The notes under the pieces are model-generated. The model saw only the letters and a list, made by a program, of their open reading frames with translations, made no database searches and had not been told where the DNA came from. Both the position numbers and the translations under genes were made by a program. From a virus: a DNA stretch of 64,000 nt. The stretch covers positions 20,689-84,688 of the IMG/VR virus record IMGVR_UViG_3300020578_000037, one strand, 5' to 3'. This document shows positions 40,708 through 50,423 of the stretch, piece by piece (position 1 is the stretch's first letter; each line of letters opens with the position of its first letter).

Positions 40708-41346
40708 TCAAGAACAATTTATTATTTTTTTTAAGCCAAGTGTGACTAAATTAATAGCTTTTTTTGAATTAAAGAGCTTTGTCTTAAAAGTAGATATATT
40801 ATTATATGTATCTTCTCCTAAAATAAACTTTATAACCTGTGGGTCTCTTAGCTTAATATTTTTTTCAAAATCATTAAATCCTAGTAAAGCAAAAAGATTG
40901 ACTTTATGTTCTTTTAAATGCAAAATAAAAGAGTACTCATTATTAGTTTTATGAGAAATATAATTTGATGGTGAAATATTATGTTGTTTGCAGAAATTGT
41001 ATATGTACTTTAAGCTGTTTTTAATATTTAAAAGCTGCTCATCGCTATCAGGATCTAAACTTTCTCTTTTTTTCATGTAGAGGGTATAGGCTTTTGTTGC
41101 CTTTAAAGATGTATAATAGTCTAAAGGAAAATAAGACTCGTCAGGGTATATTTCGTAAGGTGCTCTGAAATAATCCTCCTGATTAATATAATTAAATTTT
41201 GTAAAAAAAAGCTTTAGTTTTTTAACTAGTATAAATTTATTTTCATCAAACTTATCAAAATTCTTTCTAAAACGAAAAGGTTGTTTATTAGCAATCTTAG
41301 ATATTTTTAAGAAATTATTATAAATCTGCTTCTCTGAAAACGTCAT
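40708..41346 (-). CDS. Possible helicase loader (gp59-like)
   Basis: 212 aa basic protein adjacent to gp32, as in T4; similarity is weak. Confidence 0.4.
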   Translation of the reverse strand: MTFSEKQIYNNFLKISKIANKQPFRFRKNFDKFDENKFILVKKLKLFFTKFNYINQEDYFRAPYEIYPDESYFPLDYYTSLKATKAYTLYMKKRESLDPDSDEQLLNIKNSLKYIYNFCKQHNISPSNYISHKTNNEYSFILHLKEHKVNLFALLGFNDFEKNIKLRDPQVIKFILGEDTYNNISTFKTKLFNSKKAINLVTLGLKKIINCS

Positions 41347-41562
41347 TCAATAATTGTAGTACTTCCACTTAAATTTTGCAAGCTCTTTTTTAACCTTTTT
41401 AAGTACGCTAGGCTTATAAAAACATCTTTTTAATTTTAACTGCTCTATAACACCCGATTGCATAAATTCTCTATTAAACTTATTATACATTTTTTCAAAA
41501 TAAGCTTTGTCAGTGCTCTTCTTGGTGTTTAATTTAACTTCTGCGTGTACTATATAACTCAT
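41347..41562 (-). CDS. rpsU: Ribosomal protein bS21 homolog
   Basis: 71 aa basic protein; FEKMYNKFNR...SGVIEQLKLKRCFYKPS matches the bS21 pattern. Confidence 0.75.
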   Translation of the reverse strand: MSYIVHAEVKLNTKKSTDKAYFEKMYNKFNREFMQSGVIEQLKLKRCFYKPSVLKKVKKELAKFKWKYYNY

Positions 41563-41854
41563 AAGATTTATTTTTCTTTTTTGCGTTGTTTAAATATTTC
41601 ATTACATATTTACTTTTATATAAGCTAGAATCAAATTGTAAAAAGAATTTTACAGCTGTAAAATCATTTTTTAAATCACAATATAAAGTAAAAAGATCTC
41701 TTACTACTTGGTCTTTTAAAATGCATATAAACACATTAGCTAAATTAAGCTTTTTTGTGTGTATAAGTGTTACAAAAGAGCAAAAAGATAGAAATAGATG
41801 TGTAAGCTCGTAATCTGTAATATGTTCTGAGGGATCAAAGCCTTTCACAATCAA
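41534..41854 (-). CDS. Hypothetical protein
   Basis: About 105 aa; start may be the GTG at 41848. Confidence 0.6.
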   Translation of the reverse strand: MIVKGFDPSEHITDYELTHLFLSFCSFVTLIHTKKLNLANVFICILKDQVVRDLFTLYCDLKNDFTAVKFFLQFDSSLYKSKYVMKYLNNAKKKNKSYELYSTRRS

Positions 41855-41889
41855 TCTTAATTATTGACTATTTATTATAAATCCATCTA

Positions 41890-43212
41890 TTACAACGATA
41901 ATTTAGTTAATGTGTTTATTGACGATGCGCTCCCTTCTGTATCATTAATATGTTCATCCTCAGTAATGGTTAATGTAGAGTAATCTATTCGCATAGAACA
42001 GTGTCCAAAGTTAGGTCCAAACCGGTTTTTCATAAGTCCCATCTTTATAACTCCTAGTTCTTTATCAGTATCTTCTTGCCAAATACTTAATATTACGTCG
42101 CCTGTCATAGCAAGCCCTATACTTTCTGAAATTGTCTTAAGACCGGGGTCAGATATTTCATATCCATCTCTGTTCAACTGTGTCGCAGATACTACAGGAC
42201 AGTTAAATTGATAGGATAAAGCTCTGAGTTGTTCTGTACATATCTTAATTCTCTCATAACTAGTATCCCCTACAGTAGATAGAAGCAGGTTAACGTAATC
42301 TAGTACAATAGCGTCAATCTTAATGCCTTTTTGTGTAAGTTTTTTTATGAAAGCTTTAAGATTATTTACAGTAATTGATGCAGGAGGAAATTCTTTAATA
42401 ATTATTTTTGATGTGGGGTTCTCTACACAGTATTCAGATATCTGACTTTGTAACGTGCTTGATTCTATCTTGAGCTGGCTTAATGGAATCTTTGAAACAC
42501 TAGAGCATAGTCTCTTTGCATATATCATTTCTGGCATTTCTAGAGAGACGAGAAGAACAGTCTTGCCTTGACTTGCTAAATTTATGGCAACGTTTCCTAA
42601 AAAGATACTTTTACCTATGTTTGTCTCTCCTGCAAACAAATACAATGATCTTCCATTTTCTAAAAGCCCGCCGCCGATTTTATCATCAAGCCATTTCCAT
42701 TTCGTTGGTATATATTTTTCAGTGGTGTTTAAATCATCAACAATCTTATCAATATCTACAAATAAATCTAAACCAATGTCTGTTGCTAAGGAAATATTAC
42801 AAGCTTTTTCAAATTTAGTTAAAATTTTAGATGTATCTACTGAATTTTTATTAATGTCATCCACCACATCCATCATGGTATGATAAACGGCTTTCTCTTT
42901 TAAAAACACTTCTGTGTTTGTAGAGAGTTCATCATTATTCAGATTTTTATCTATTCCTGCAAACAAACTGACAACATTTTTTAAAGATGTCTTGAGTTCA
43001 TCAGTAACTAAGTATGATTTTATTTCAGTTATAGTTGGCTTTGTACTTCTCTTTTCGTAAAAGTCGCTAATAATTTGAAAAATGGCTTTAATATCATTAT
43101 TTTTAAAATATATAGGTTTAATGTAATCAACAACAGAAGCTAGATATGTTTCATCTGTAAGACTCTTGTACGCTATTACTGTCTCAAAATAATCTAAATC
43201 TAATTTCCCCAT
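41890..43212 (-). CDS. gp41: DnaB-like replicative helicase gp41
   Basis: AGETNIGKS, SLEM, IKEFP, LDYVNL, SATQLNR, KNRFG. Confidence 0.95.
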   Translation of the reverse strand: MGKLDLDYFETVIAYKSLTDETYLASVVDYIKPIYFKNNDIKAIFQIISDFYEKRSTKPTITEIKSYLVTDELKTSLKNVVSLFAGIDKNLNNDELSTNTEVFLKEKAVYHTMMDVVDDINKNSVDTSKILTKFEKACNISLATDIGLDLFVDIDKIVDDLNTTEKYIPTKWKWLDDKIGGGLLENGRSLYLFAGETNIGKSIFLGNVAINLASQGKTVLLVSLEMPEMIYAKRLCSSVSKIPLSQLKIESSTLQSQISEYCVENPTSKIIIKEFPPASITVNNLKAFIKKLTQKGIKIDAIVLDYVNLLLSTVGDTSYERIKICTEQLRALSYQFNCPVVSATQLNRDGYEISDPGLKTISESIGLAMTGDVILSIWQEDTDKELGVIKMGLMKNRFGPNFGHCSMRIDYSTLTITEDEHINDTEGSASSINTLTKLSL

Positions 43213-43233
43213 AATCCCATTATATATACAGTT

Positions 43234-43905
43234 TTACTTGTTACTACTGTATTCTGATAAAAATTTTTCTTGACTAGCTACAAATCTTTCATCATTCACG
43301 TCAAGGAGACCAGGAGAAATATGGACCACCCATAGAGGTGCTACTCCTAATCTAAGTTGTTTTTTATTTGCATCTATACAGCTAGCAATATCATAATGAT
43401 GAAAGTCGTAATTTTCATTAAACTTCCAGCCTACTGAATTTACTCTTCTTACATCAACACTTAAAAAAAGTCCGTCCAAAATTGCAACTCTATCAGGCGA
43501 AGGGCCAAAATTGGTAACCATTAACTGTTCTTTAGAGCAAGGATGTGCCACCGCACCTCGGAGATTACCGCCGCTAAACCCTCCGCACATCAAGTGCCAT
43601 AATGCAGGTTGAGTTATTTTTGGATTTAAACCACCAGCTAGCCCTACAATATCATAAGCTTTATGAGCTCTCGAAAGTTTTTCAACCATTCTTTTATCAT
43701 CTAAAAATACATCGTCATGAACAAAGACAACATAATCATATTCCTTGCCTTTTGTTGATAAAAATAAATTATACCTCTTACTAAGTCCTGTTGTATTGTC
43801 TTCTGTGCAGTAAAAGTCAAATGTTTTATCTAAAGGATAAACGCTCTTATGTAAGATGGTATCAGTAATTTTATTTCTTGTTACACTGTATACAGCTATT
43901 TTCAT
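43234..43905 (-). CDS. GT-A fold (GT2-like) glycosyltransferase
   Basis: FVHDDV (DxD-like), VGLAG, LDGLFL, DFHHYD; ATGA overlap with the GATase gene. Confidence 0.8.
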   Translation of the reverse strand: MKIAVYSVTRNKITDTILHKSVYPLDKTFDFYCTEDNTTGLSKRYNLFLSTKGKEYDYVVFVHDDVFLDDKRMVEKLSRAHKAYDIVGLAGGLNPKITQPALWHLMCGGFSGGNLRGAVAHPCSKEQLMVTNFGPSPDRVAILDGLFLSVDVRRVNSVGWKFNENYDFHHYDIASCIDANKKQLRLGVAPLWVVHISPGLLDVNDERFVASQEKFLSEYSSNK

Positions 43906-44582
43906 GTAAAAAATGGTGAGTTGGTCGTAAATTTACCAACGCTGGTTATTCCTTCTTTTGTGAGAAGATAGAGCAGTCCTTCTTCAAGTGCAACATAATC
44001 TTTTTCGGGTAGAGAGGAAAATGAATTATTCAAGAAATCTGCATACAATGTACTACCAGAGCGAGCAATATAAATGTTACCGGATTTTTGATTAAAAATC
44101 CAAACACCAAACGTTCCTTGTAAACTTGAAAGCGCTTTTACTATGGCAGTAATTTCATCATCATATTTTAAGAAATTCATCTCAATTAATGGAGCAATAA
44201 CAGAAGAGTCAACTGTGTTATATGATTTTTTGTTTGGTAATTTATTCTTAATACCCTTATCATTCGTAAGAACCCCATTGTGGGCTATTATCCAATCCTT
44301 GTATTGAAAAGGATGTGATGTTTGTGGTGTATAAGATCTTTGTGCAGAGGTTGGTGCTTGTGTATGTCCTAGAAAATAGTTAAAATCGGTAATAGACTTT
44401 TTCTTCTTACCGTATTCAATGGTAAGCTTATTAGAGAGACTAGTAACACCAGCTGTTTTAAGGATAGCATGTACCTTTGTGTTTATCAAAAGCCCGCCGT
44501 AAGAGAAAGTACCTCTTTTCTTATTATTCTTATAGAGTTTAACATAATTGTTAAACTCTTTAGATCCAAATATTCCGCAAAT
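43902..44582 (-). CDS. Class II (Ntn) glutamine amidotransferase, 226 aa, ATT start
   Basis: The frame extends 31 codons upstream of the track start to ATT-TGC-GGA-ATA-TTT-GGA (M-CGIFG); RG, GHTQAPT, HPF, AHNGVL, VDS motifs. Confidence 0.85.
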   Translation of the reverse strand: MCGIFGSKEFNNYVKLYKNNKKRGTFSYGGLLINTKVHAILKTAGVTSLSNKLTIEYGKKKKSITDFNYFLGHTQAPTSAQRSYTPQTSHPFQYKDWIIAHNGVLTNDKGIKNKLPNKKSYNTVDSSVIAPLIEMNFLKYDDEITAIVKALSSLQGTFGVWIFNQKSGNIYIARSGSTLYADFLNNSFSSLPEKDYVALEEGLLYLLTKEGITSVGKFTTNSPFFT

Positions 44583-44590
44583 AGTATATT

Positions 44591-44599
44591 ACCTCCTTA
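44591..44599 (-). promoter_or_regulatory. Perfect Shine-Dalgarno TAAGGAGGT, 8 nt upstream of the ATT start
   Basis: Read directly; preceded by TTGAAT(44625-30)-N16-TATAAT(44603-08). Confidence 0.85.
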
Positions 44600-44631
44600 A
44601 ATATTATAATAGAAACAATAAATAATTCAAG

Positions 44632-45549
44632 ATGAACAAAGATACAAAGTTTATTTTCGAAGCCTATTTAAATAAGAAAGTCGTATCAGAAGCACCTATT
44701 TACGCGGACGACTTAGGGTATACCGGTGATATAGAAAAGGCCCCGGGTAAAGGCTATGGTATAGGCAAGGCTGCAGCTAGAGAAAATAAATCAAAGACAG
44801 AGATAGCAAATCATTTATTAAATGTTATAAAGACTAAGCTCTTTAAGCCCGAAGCACATACAGTTGATGGTAAAGAATATCAGCTTTATTACCCTGGAAG
44901 TAAAATGAAATTTAGATCTGAATTAGAAAATCTCATTAAAAATGAGCTTAAACTCGGATCAACAGAAGCGAGATATACAGCAAGAGTGGTTGACAACTTA
45001 CTAAATGTATTGAGAGTTGATGTTGAAGGTGGTGCTGTTGCTAGCCCGGTTCAGGTTAAGCAAGCTGTAACTGCAGGTGTAGAGGGTAAAGCTACTAATG
45101 CACCGGTAGGTGATTCAACCCCTGCGACTCCTACGACACCTGCTTCAGTATCGGGTGAAAAATCTTTTGTAAAAAATTCTGCAGTCAGATTTATTAAAGA
45201 GTGGCAGCCTATATTTGTTGAATTGCCTGATGAAATTACTGTTAGTAAGGGTGATTTATATGATTCACCGGAATTAAGAAATGAGGTTATTGAAGCTATA
45301 ACTAGAGCCTTTGATGAGTCTAAAGCTAAAGATAAAGAATTGGTTACTGATTTTATAGACTCTTTAAAATATAAAAACAGTTATATACCTTCAGAAGAAG
45401 CTAAGCAAAAAGAGGGTGAAGGTACCGGTGAGGCGCCAAATGTTGAAGATTATCCTGAGGATGATGATGTAACTAGTGAGTTAAGATCCATGGGCGCTAT
45501 AGGCGGTCGTCGTGGCTATGATGCAGGTGGTTTTAGTTACGGAGATTAA
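44632..45549 (+). CDS. Hypothetical late protein with CTS-like N-terminus
   Basis: AATAAATA 7 nt before ATG; MNKDTKFIFEAY...VSE. Confidence 0.75.
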   Translation: MNKDTKFIFEAYLNKKVVSEAPIYADDLGYTGDIEKAPGKGYGIGKAAARENKSKTEIANHLLNVIKTKLFKPEAHTVDGKEYQLYYPGSKMKFRSELENLIKNELKLGSTEARYTARVVDNLLNVLRVDVEGGAVASPVQVKQAVTAGVEGKATNAPVGDSTPATPTTPASVSGEKSFVKNSAVRFIKEWQPIFVELPDEITVSKGDLYDSPELRNEVIEAITRAFDESKAKDKELVTDFIDSLKYKNSYIPSEEAKQKEGEGTGEAPNVEDYPEDDDVTSELRSMGAIGGRRGYDAGGFSYGD

Positions 45550-45563
45550 TTTAGTTTCAAAAA

Positions 45564-46307
45564 TTAAACAGTAATATTTTTACACTTATATTTTTCCCAA
45601 GGTATTGAAATTTTATAGGGTAATGGGTCTATATAACCGGCATCTATAAAGCCTTTTATTCTTAAAGAACAAGCTGTACATTCACCACAAGCTCGTTCTT
45701 CTCCTTCATAACATGTCCAGGTATTCTTAAAATTTACTCCTAGTTTTATACCTAATTTTATAATTTCTGCTTTAGATTTATCGATTAACGGTGCTTGAAT
45801 GGTAATCTTGTTTCTTCGGTTTAAAGCCGATACTTTATTAATTTGCTCTAAGAATTCTTCACTACCATCCCAGAACCCGGCAACGCTATCGGCCTGTGCT
45901 GCTCCATGAAAAACAGTGCTAGCCCCTACGTTCTCTGCTATTGCCAGAGATATACTAAGAAGCATTAAGTTACGGTAAGGTACATAGTTTACCGTTTGTG
46001 GATCGCCCATTACGTCTTTGGCTTTAGCAACTGCAATCTTGTTGTTAAGGAGAGATGAAATCTGACAAATATCCTTAAAAAACGGTAATTTAATGGATTG
46101 ATATGTCACTGGCATGTCCAGTGATTCAATCTGTAGAGTAGCGCATAATAGCTCTTTATCTCTGTGCTTTTGACCGTAGTCATAGTTTACAGCTATGATC
46201 TCATCATACCTACTAGCAGCTAAATGTAGTAGTACAGAGCTGTCCATTCCCCCGGAAATAGGGACTACAGCTTTACTCGACGGGTTCTTCTTCGCCTTGC
46301 GCTTCAT
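45564..46307 (-). CDS. queC: QueC-like PP-loop ATP pyrophosphatase (7-cyano-7-deazaguanine synthase family)
   Basis: SGGMDS, DYGQKH, VPYRN, TWTCY...CGECTAC; likely start is the ATG at 46307 (MKRKAKK). Confidence 0.85.
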   Translation of the reverse strand: MKRKAKKNPSSKAVVPISGGMDSSVLLHLAASRYDEIIAVNYDYGQKHRDKELLCATLQIESLDMPVTYQSIKLPFFKDICQISSLLNNKIAVAKAKDVMGDPQTVNYVPYRNLMLLSISLAIAENVGASTVFHGAAQADSVAGFWDGSEEFLEQINKVSALNRRNKITIQAPLIDKSKAEIIKLGIKLGVNFKNTWTCYEGEERACGECTACSLRIKGFIDAGYIDPLPYKISIPWEKYKCKNITV

Positions 46308-47391
46308 TTGCGTTATACTTGTATTCTTCAGCCAAGCGCTTGTCGAGTTCAGGGATAATAAATTCCTCGTAGAAAGCGGGATCTTTTGCAAATGTCTTTG
46401 CATATCCTAGTTTATCGCCCTTCTTATACTTACCACTTGTGATACCGACGGTATAAGTTGCACCATTTTGTTCAACGATGCCTCTCACTGCTGCCATACC
46501 AAGTAAACCGCTATACTTGTTAAGACCGGTCTTAAAGGATAGATACATTTCTGTCTCTAAAAACGGGGGAAGGAAGCGATTCTTTACAGTTAACGCTCTA
46601 AGCGTTGTACCGCTATATTTGTTAGCTTCAGCTAACTTCTTATCTTCAGCATCCATGGAATCACCTTCACCTTCTTTTTCATGACGCTTAGCTAGCTGTA
46701 CTAAAATACTAGCCATATATACAGGTCCTGAGCCTCCAGCTTGGTTTTTTACAAGACTGGGAAACATTGAAGCCGGGTCATCATATGTATGATTAGTAAA
46801 CAAAATTGTAACGCCGGCTTTAGCGGCTTTAAAGGTCAGAGTACGAAACATACTCTTTAATGATTTTGCACGAAGACCCATATCAGATGCAGATTTATCC
46901 TTAGCTACGTCATCTAGCTCTTTCTGCGATGCTAGGTTACCAAGACTATCAATACTAATAATAAACTTACCTTTTGCATTGTTTTCAATAATACTATCAA
47001 GTAATGCGCTAACTTGATTACGACACTGATCAATAGTATCTACTGGTACATATTTGACATTTTCAGGATCTAAGCCTACACCCTTAGTACTATTCTCATC
47101 AATAGCAATTTCGGTATCAAATATAACAGGGGTAAGGCCTTTCTTTTGCGCGGTAGCAAGGATCTTATTTACAATAAATGTCTTACCTGTCTGACTAGGT
47201 CCAGAGAATCCGGTTATTCTCCCTTTAGGTACACCACCAGCCCTACAACTACCACCAAGTATAGCGTTAAGAGCGTAACATCCAGTATCAAACCACTCAT
47301 CAACTTTGCTAAGTGCATTTTCGTTTAAAAAAGAAGCTTCACTGTTAAGCTTATCTAATGATGCAAATATCTTACTAAGGTCTTTACTCAT
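46273..47391 (-). CDS. uvsX: RecA-like recombinase UvsX
   Basis: GPSQTGKT, FDTE, IDSLGNL, DMGLRAK, TNHTY, KNRF. Confidence 0.93.
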   Translation of the reverse strand: MSKDLSKIFASLDKLNSEASFLNENALSKVDEWFDTGCYALNAILGGSCRAGGVPKGRITGFSGPSQTGKTFIVNKILATAQKKGLTPVIFDTEIAIDENSTKGVGLDPENVKYVPVDTIDQCRNQVSALLDSIIENNAKGKFIISIDSLGNLASQKELDDVAKDKSASDMGLRAKSLKSMFRTLTFKAAKAGVTILFTNHTYDDPASMFPSLVKNQAGGSGPVYMASILVQLAKRHEKEGEGDSMDAEDKKLAEANKYSGTTLRALTVKNRFLPPFLETEMYLSFKTGLNKYSGLLGMAAVRGIVEQNGATYTVGITSGKYKKGDKLGYAKTFAKDPAFYEEFIIPELDKRLAEEYKYNANEAQGEEEPVE

Positions 47392-47431
47392 AGTCCTAGT
47401 ATAATGGAATGTTTAGAGAAAACAAGTAAAA

Positions 47432-47788
47432 TTATTCGTCAAACAACTTAATTACTTGCTCACCGTTATTAGTAGTAGGAGCGGCAACAGGAGCAAATAA
47501 CTTATTATACTGCTCAATCAAGCGAGGATCATTATCTACATCGAGTCCAATAACAATTGTGTCTAGGCTAAACTTCCAAGAAGTTCCATTATTACGCGAC
47601 TTCTCGCCAACAAACTCTCTAAAATAAAGCGGAATAGTTTGTACATTAAGCTGACCATTTTGCGTAGGCTGTACATGAATAATAGCGGGATTCTTAACAG
47701 TAAGAGAATTTTTGTCTGATTCTACTTGTTCAGCTAGAATTGTTCTTCCGATGTGATCAATAAAAGTAATAAGGTTCTTTTGGCTCAT
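47432..47788 (-). CDS. Hypothetical protein (possible Sm/SH3-like fold)
   Basis: 118 aa, LTVKNPAII; has its own -10 box 6 nt upstream. Confidence 0.6.
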   Translation of the reverse strand: MSQKNLITFIDHIGRTILAEQVESDKNSLTVKNPAIIHVQPTQNGQLNVQTIPLYFREFVGEKSRNNGTSWKFSLDTIVIGLDVDNDPRLIEQYNKLFAPVAAPTTNNGEQVIKLFDE

Positions 47789-47821
47789 AAATATATTTTA
47801 TATGTTTCTTTAAAAAATCAA

Positions 47822-50401
47822 CTATACTTTTAGTAGTTCAAATAAATCAGTTTGAACTTGGCTTCCGGGTGATTGAAGCTTCCAGTTCACAGCTTCATAA
47901 AATCTTTCTATTACTGAAAATATAATTTTCTCGAACATCAATTCATGATCGGGTTCAAAAATATCTGCAAATTCTTTAGGATAATTATATTTGTATCCTA
48001 TAGTAGATAAGCCGAATTTGTTAGGCTGCCTAGCATAAAAATATCTAACTTTATCACCTGATGATATTTTTTCATATTTTGTTTTAGTGGAGAACCTGTC
48101 CAATAAGAGATTATAAAAATAAGCAGCTTTAACATGAATAGGCATGTGCTTTGCGGTATTAAAGCCATCGCACTGTGAAGCATATTTTTCATATCCCTTA
48201 ATTCCCATAACGAAAGCTATATCTTCTACAGGCAATTTTTTAAATATATCATAAGTTTCATTAAAAACTTTATTTGTTAAGCTAAGATCTTTTGTAAGTA
48301 GCATGGTTTCAATAATTCTTTTTACATATGGTTTGATAGGTGCGGGCATTGTTGTACGCACAACTTCGACGCCCGTATACTTAAATTTATTACAGGGAAT
48401 ACCCTCTTCATCTAATACATGTAATACATATCGTTTCTTCTGAAGAAATAATCCAGAATCAGCTATAGCTTCTCTTTTAAATACAAATCTACAATCTATA
48501 GAACCTAATGCCTGCTCACCCCATTTAACAATATTTTCATTTAAATAGTCTTCAATATCTTGAACTTGCTTATAATATTCAGGTGCTATTTTTTTATTTT
48601 TATCAAACATTCTTAAACCCGTTCTATCTACTAAGTGCTTTATAGAAATATAAGAGCTATCAGTATCATTGTATATAATAGGGCTCTCCTGCTCTATTTC
48701 TTTGTCTGTTAAATTAGCTTTTTCTTTTATATACAGTTCTAAAAGTCTGTTAGATTCCTTAATAACAGCTTGACCTGTTAGTGTAATAGACTCTGCTAAT
48801 TCGTCATCACCAAGAGGGCTATGCTTATTACCAAAGTAGCCATAAATCGTGTTAATTAAAATCTTGATAGTGTGTTGCGTTATGTTAAGATTATCCATCT
48901 CATGCTTAACCGCTTCTTTTTCTTGATCTGTACTTGTTATGTTTTTTCTTTTTAAAGAATTTAATTTCTTTTTAATTTCGACCCTCTTTTTATAATAATG
49001 GTCCACAATAGAAGGAATAATACCTTTTTCTTTTTGTGTAAAAAGTACTTTTGCTTTAGAGATAGATATTTTTTCTTTTTTAATAAACTCCATAAAACTA
49101 CTGTGTGATAGATTAAAAGTCTGGCCATTAATATGCTTTATGACGATTTCTTTATCATTTTTGTCTATAATTGTACCGACCTTAGTTTCGGGTGATAGGT
49201 TTAAAGTAATCATCACATTAGGATATAGACTGTTAGCATCAAAAGATATAATATGCTCTTGAAATCCTTTTTTCGGCTCAGCGACATATGCACCTGCGTT
49301 TTGTTCCTCAGTAAATCCTGTCTTATTAAAAGTAGGTATGCGTTGATTCTTACTACGTGATCTTATAGCGCATAGACCAGTAATAACAGACAATGATCCA
49401 AGTGCGCCTTCAAACGTAGTAAGACCTGCGTAAGCTATCATTCTTAAAAGCTGTAAGTATTGAAGCTTTTTCTCTAGATTAACGAGCAAATTAACGTCCT
49501 GAATATTATAATCGACAAATAGCTCCCAATTATCATCTGCTAGAGAAGCGAGATTGGTATCGCCGTAATCTACTTTGTTTGCACCGAGCTCTATTTCACC
49601 AATATTGTCTAATTTATATGAATCGCGTAAAGTGGGGCAAAATCTTTTATATATGTCTAGATAGTCTACACACGATACACCTTCAATATGCCAATGTACT
49701 TGTTCTTTACCAAACTTACCAGTAAAAACTATAGGCCTTATATATCCGACTGGAGAGAGTCTTTTAACTTCATCTTCACCTAAAATTCTTGTAATTCTAT
49801 TAATAATGTAAGGTACATCGAAAAATTCGCTATTCCATCCTGAAAGAATATCCGGATAATCAGATGTAAAGTAACTTAGAAATTTTGATAGTAAATCTTT
49901 TTCGGTCTTACAATATATATAAGTACAATTTTCTTTTTTAGTATGATAAGGTTTTAATCCCCACGTTATAAATTGCTTTCTTAACGTATCATAAACAGTT
50001 ATAATATTAATTACATGCTGCGGATCAGAAGGTATAGGGAACGAATCAGGACTATAAGTTTCAATATCAATAAACAGCACTCTTAACTCATTTTTACTAA
50101 ACTCATTTAGCTCGTTTTTTTCCCAAAAAGTGTCAATAAGAAATTGCTGCTGTACGTTAATATTTTCAAAGATTCTTGTTATTTTGTTGTCTTTAATATA
50201 TCTTGAGCGCTCTGCTTGATTCTTGAATCTTTTTTTCTTTAAAGGCGTATTAAAAATACTCTTGCAATCGCTATGATTATTTGTTTCTAAGAAAATATAA
50301 GGTTCAAATGTTGTATCATATGAAATACGTTTGCCCTCCGCGTCCCATGTAAATAGACGCATAACTTGGTCTCTAGGAATATAGGCAACATTACGATACA
50401 C
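47822..50401 (-). CDS. gp43: Family B DNA polymerase gp43
   Basis: DIET, GWNSEFFD, SFDANSLYP, KILINTIYG, YNDTDS, KKRY. Confidence 0.97.
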   Translation of the reverse strand: MYRNVAYIPRDQVMRLFTWDAEGKRISYDTTFEPYIFLETNNHSDCKSIFNTPLKKKRFKNQAERSRYIKDNKITRIFENINVQQQFLIDTFWEKNELNEFSKNELRVLFIDIETYSPDSFPIPSDPQHVINIITVYDTLRKQFITWGLKPYHTKKENCTYIYCKTEKDLLSKFLSYFTSDYPDILSGWNSEFFDVPYIINRITRILGEDEVKRLSPVGYIRPIVFTGKFGKEQVHWHIEGVSCVDYLDIYKRFCPTLRDSYKLDNIGEIELGANKVDYGDTNLASLADDNWELFVDYNIQDVNLLVNLEKKLQYLQLLRMIAYAGLTTFEGALGSLSVITGLCAIRSRSKNQRIPTFNKTGFTEEQNAGAYVAEPKKGFQEHIISFDANSLYPNVMITLNLSPETKVGTIIDKNDKEIVIKHINGQTFNLSHSSFMEFIKKEKISISKAKVLFTQKEKGIIPSIVDHYYKKRVEIKKKLNSLKRKNITSTDQEKEAVKHEMDNLNITQHTIKILINTIYGYFGNKHSPLGDDELAESITLTGQAVIKESNRLLELYIKEKANLTDKEIEQESPIIYNDTDSSYISIKHLVDRTGLRMFDKNKKIAPEYYKQVQDIEDYLNENIVKWGEQALGSIDCRFVFKREAIADSGLFLQKKRYVLHVLDEEGIPCNKFKYTGVEVVRTTMPAPIKPYVKRIIETMLLTKDLSLTNKVFNETYDIFKKLPVEDIAFVMGIKGYEKYASQCDGFNTAKHMPIHVKAAYFYNLLLDRFSTKTKYEKISSGDKVRYFYARQPNKFGLSTIGYKYNYPKEFADIFEPDHELMFEKIIFSVIERFYEAVNWKLQSPGSQVQTDLFELLKV

Positions 50402-50423
50402 AAATAGATTATATATTATTCAA

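Noticed and set aside
43902-44489. Track start (TTG) for the GATase
   Set aside because: It removes the catalytic N-terminal CGIFG; the SD and ATT at 44582 fit better.
46308-46403. N-terminal extension of QueC given in the track
   Set aside because: Lies deep inside uvsX and does not resemble QueC; the ATG at 46307 is more plausible.
47822-50401. Intein or intron in the polymerase, terminase or helicase
   Set aside because: Lengths are normal and motifs are contiguous.
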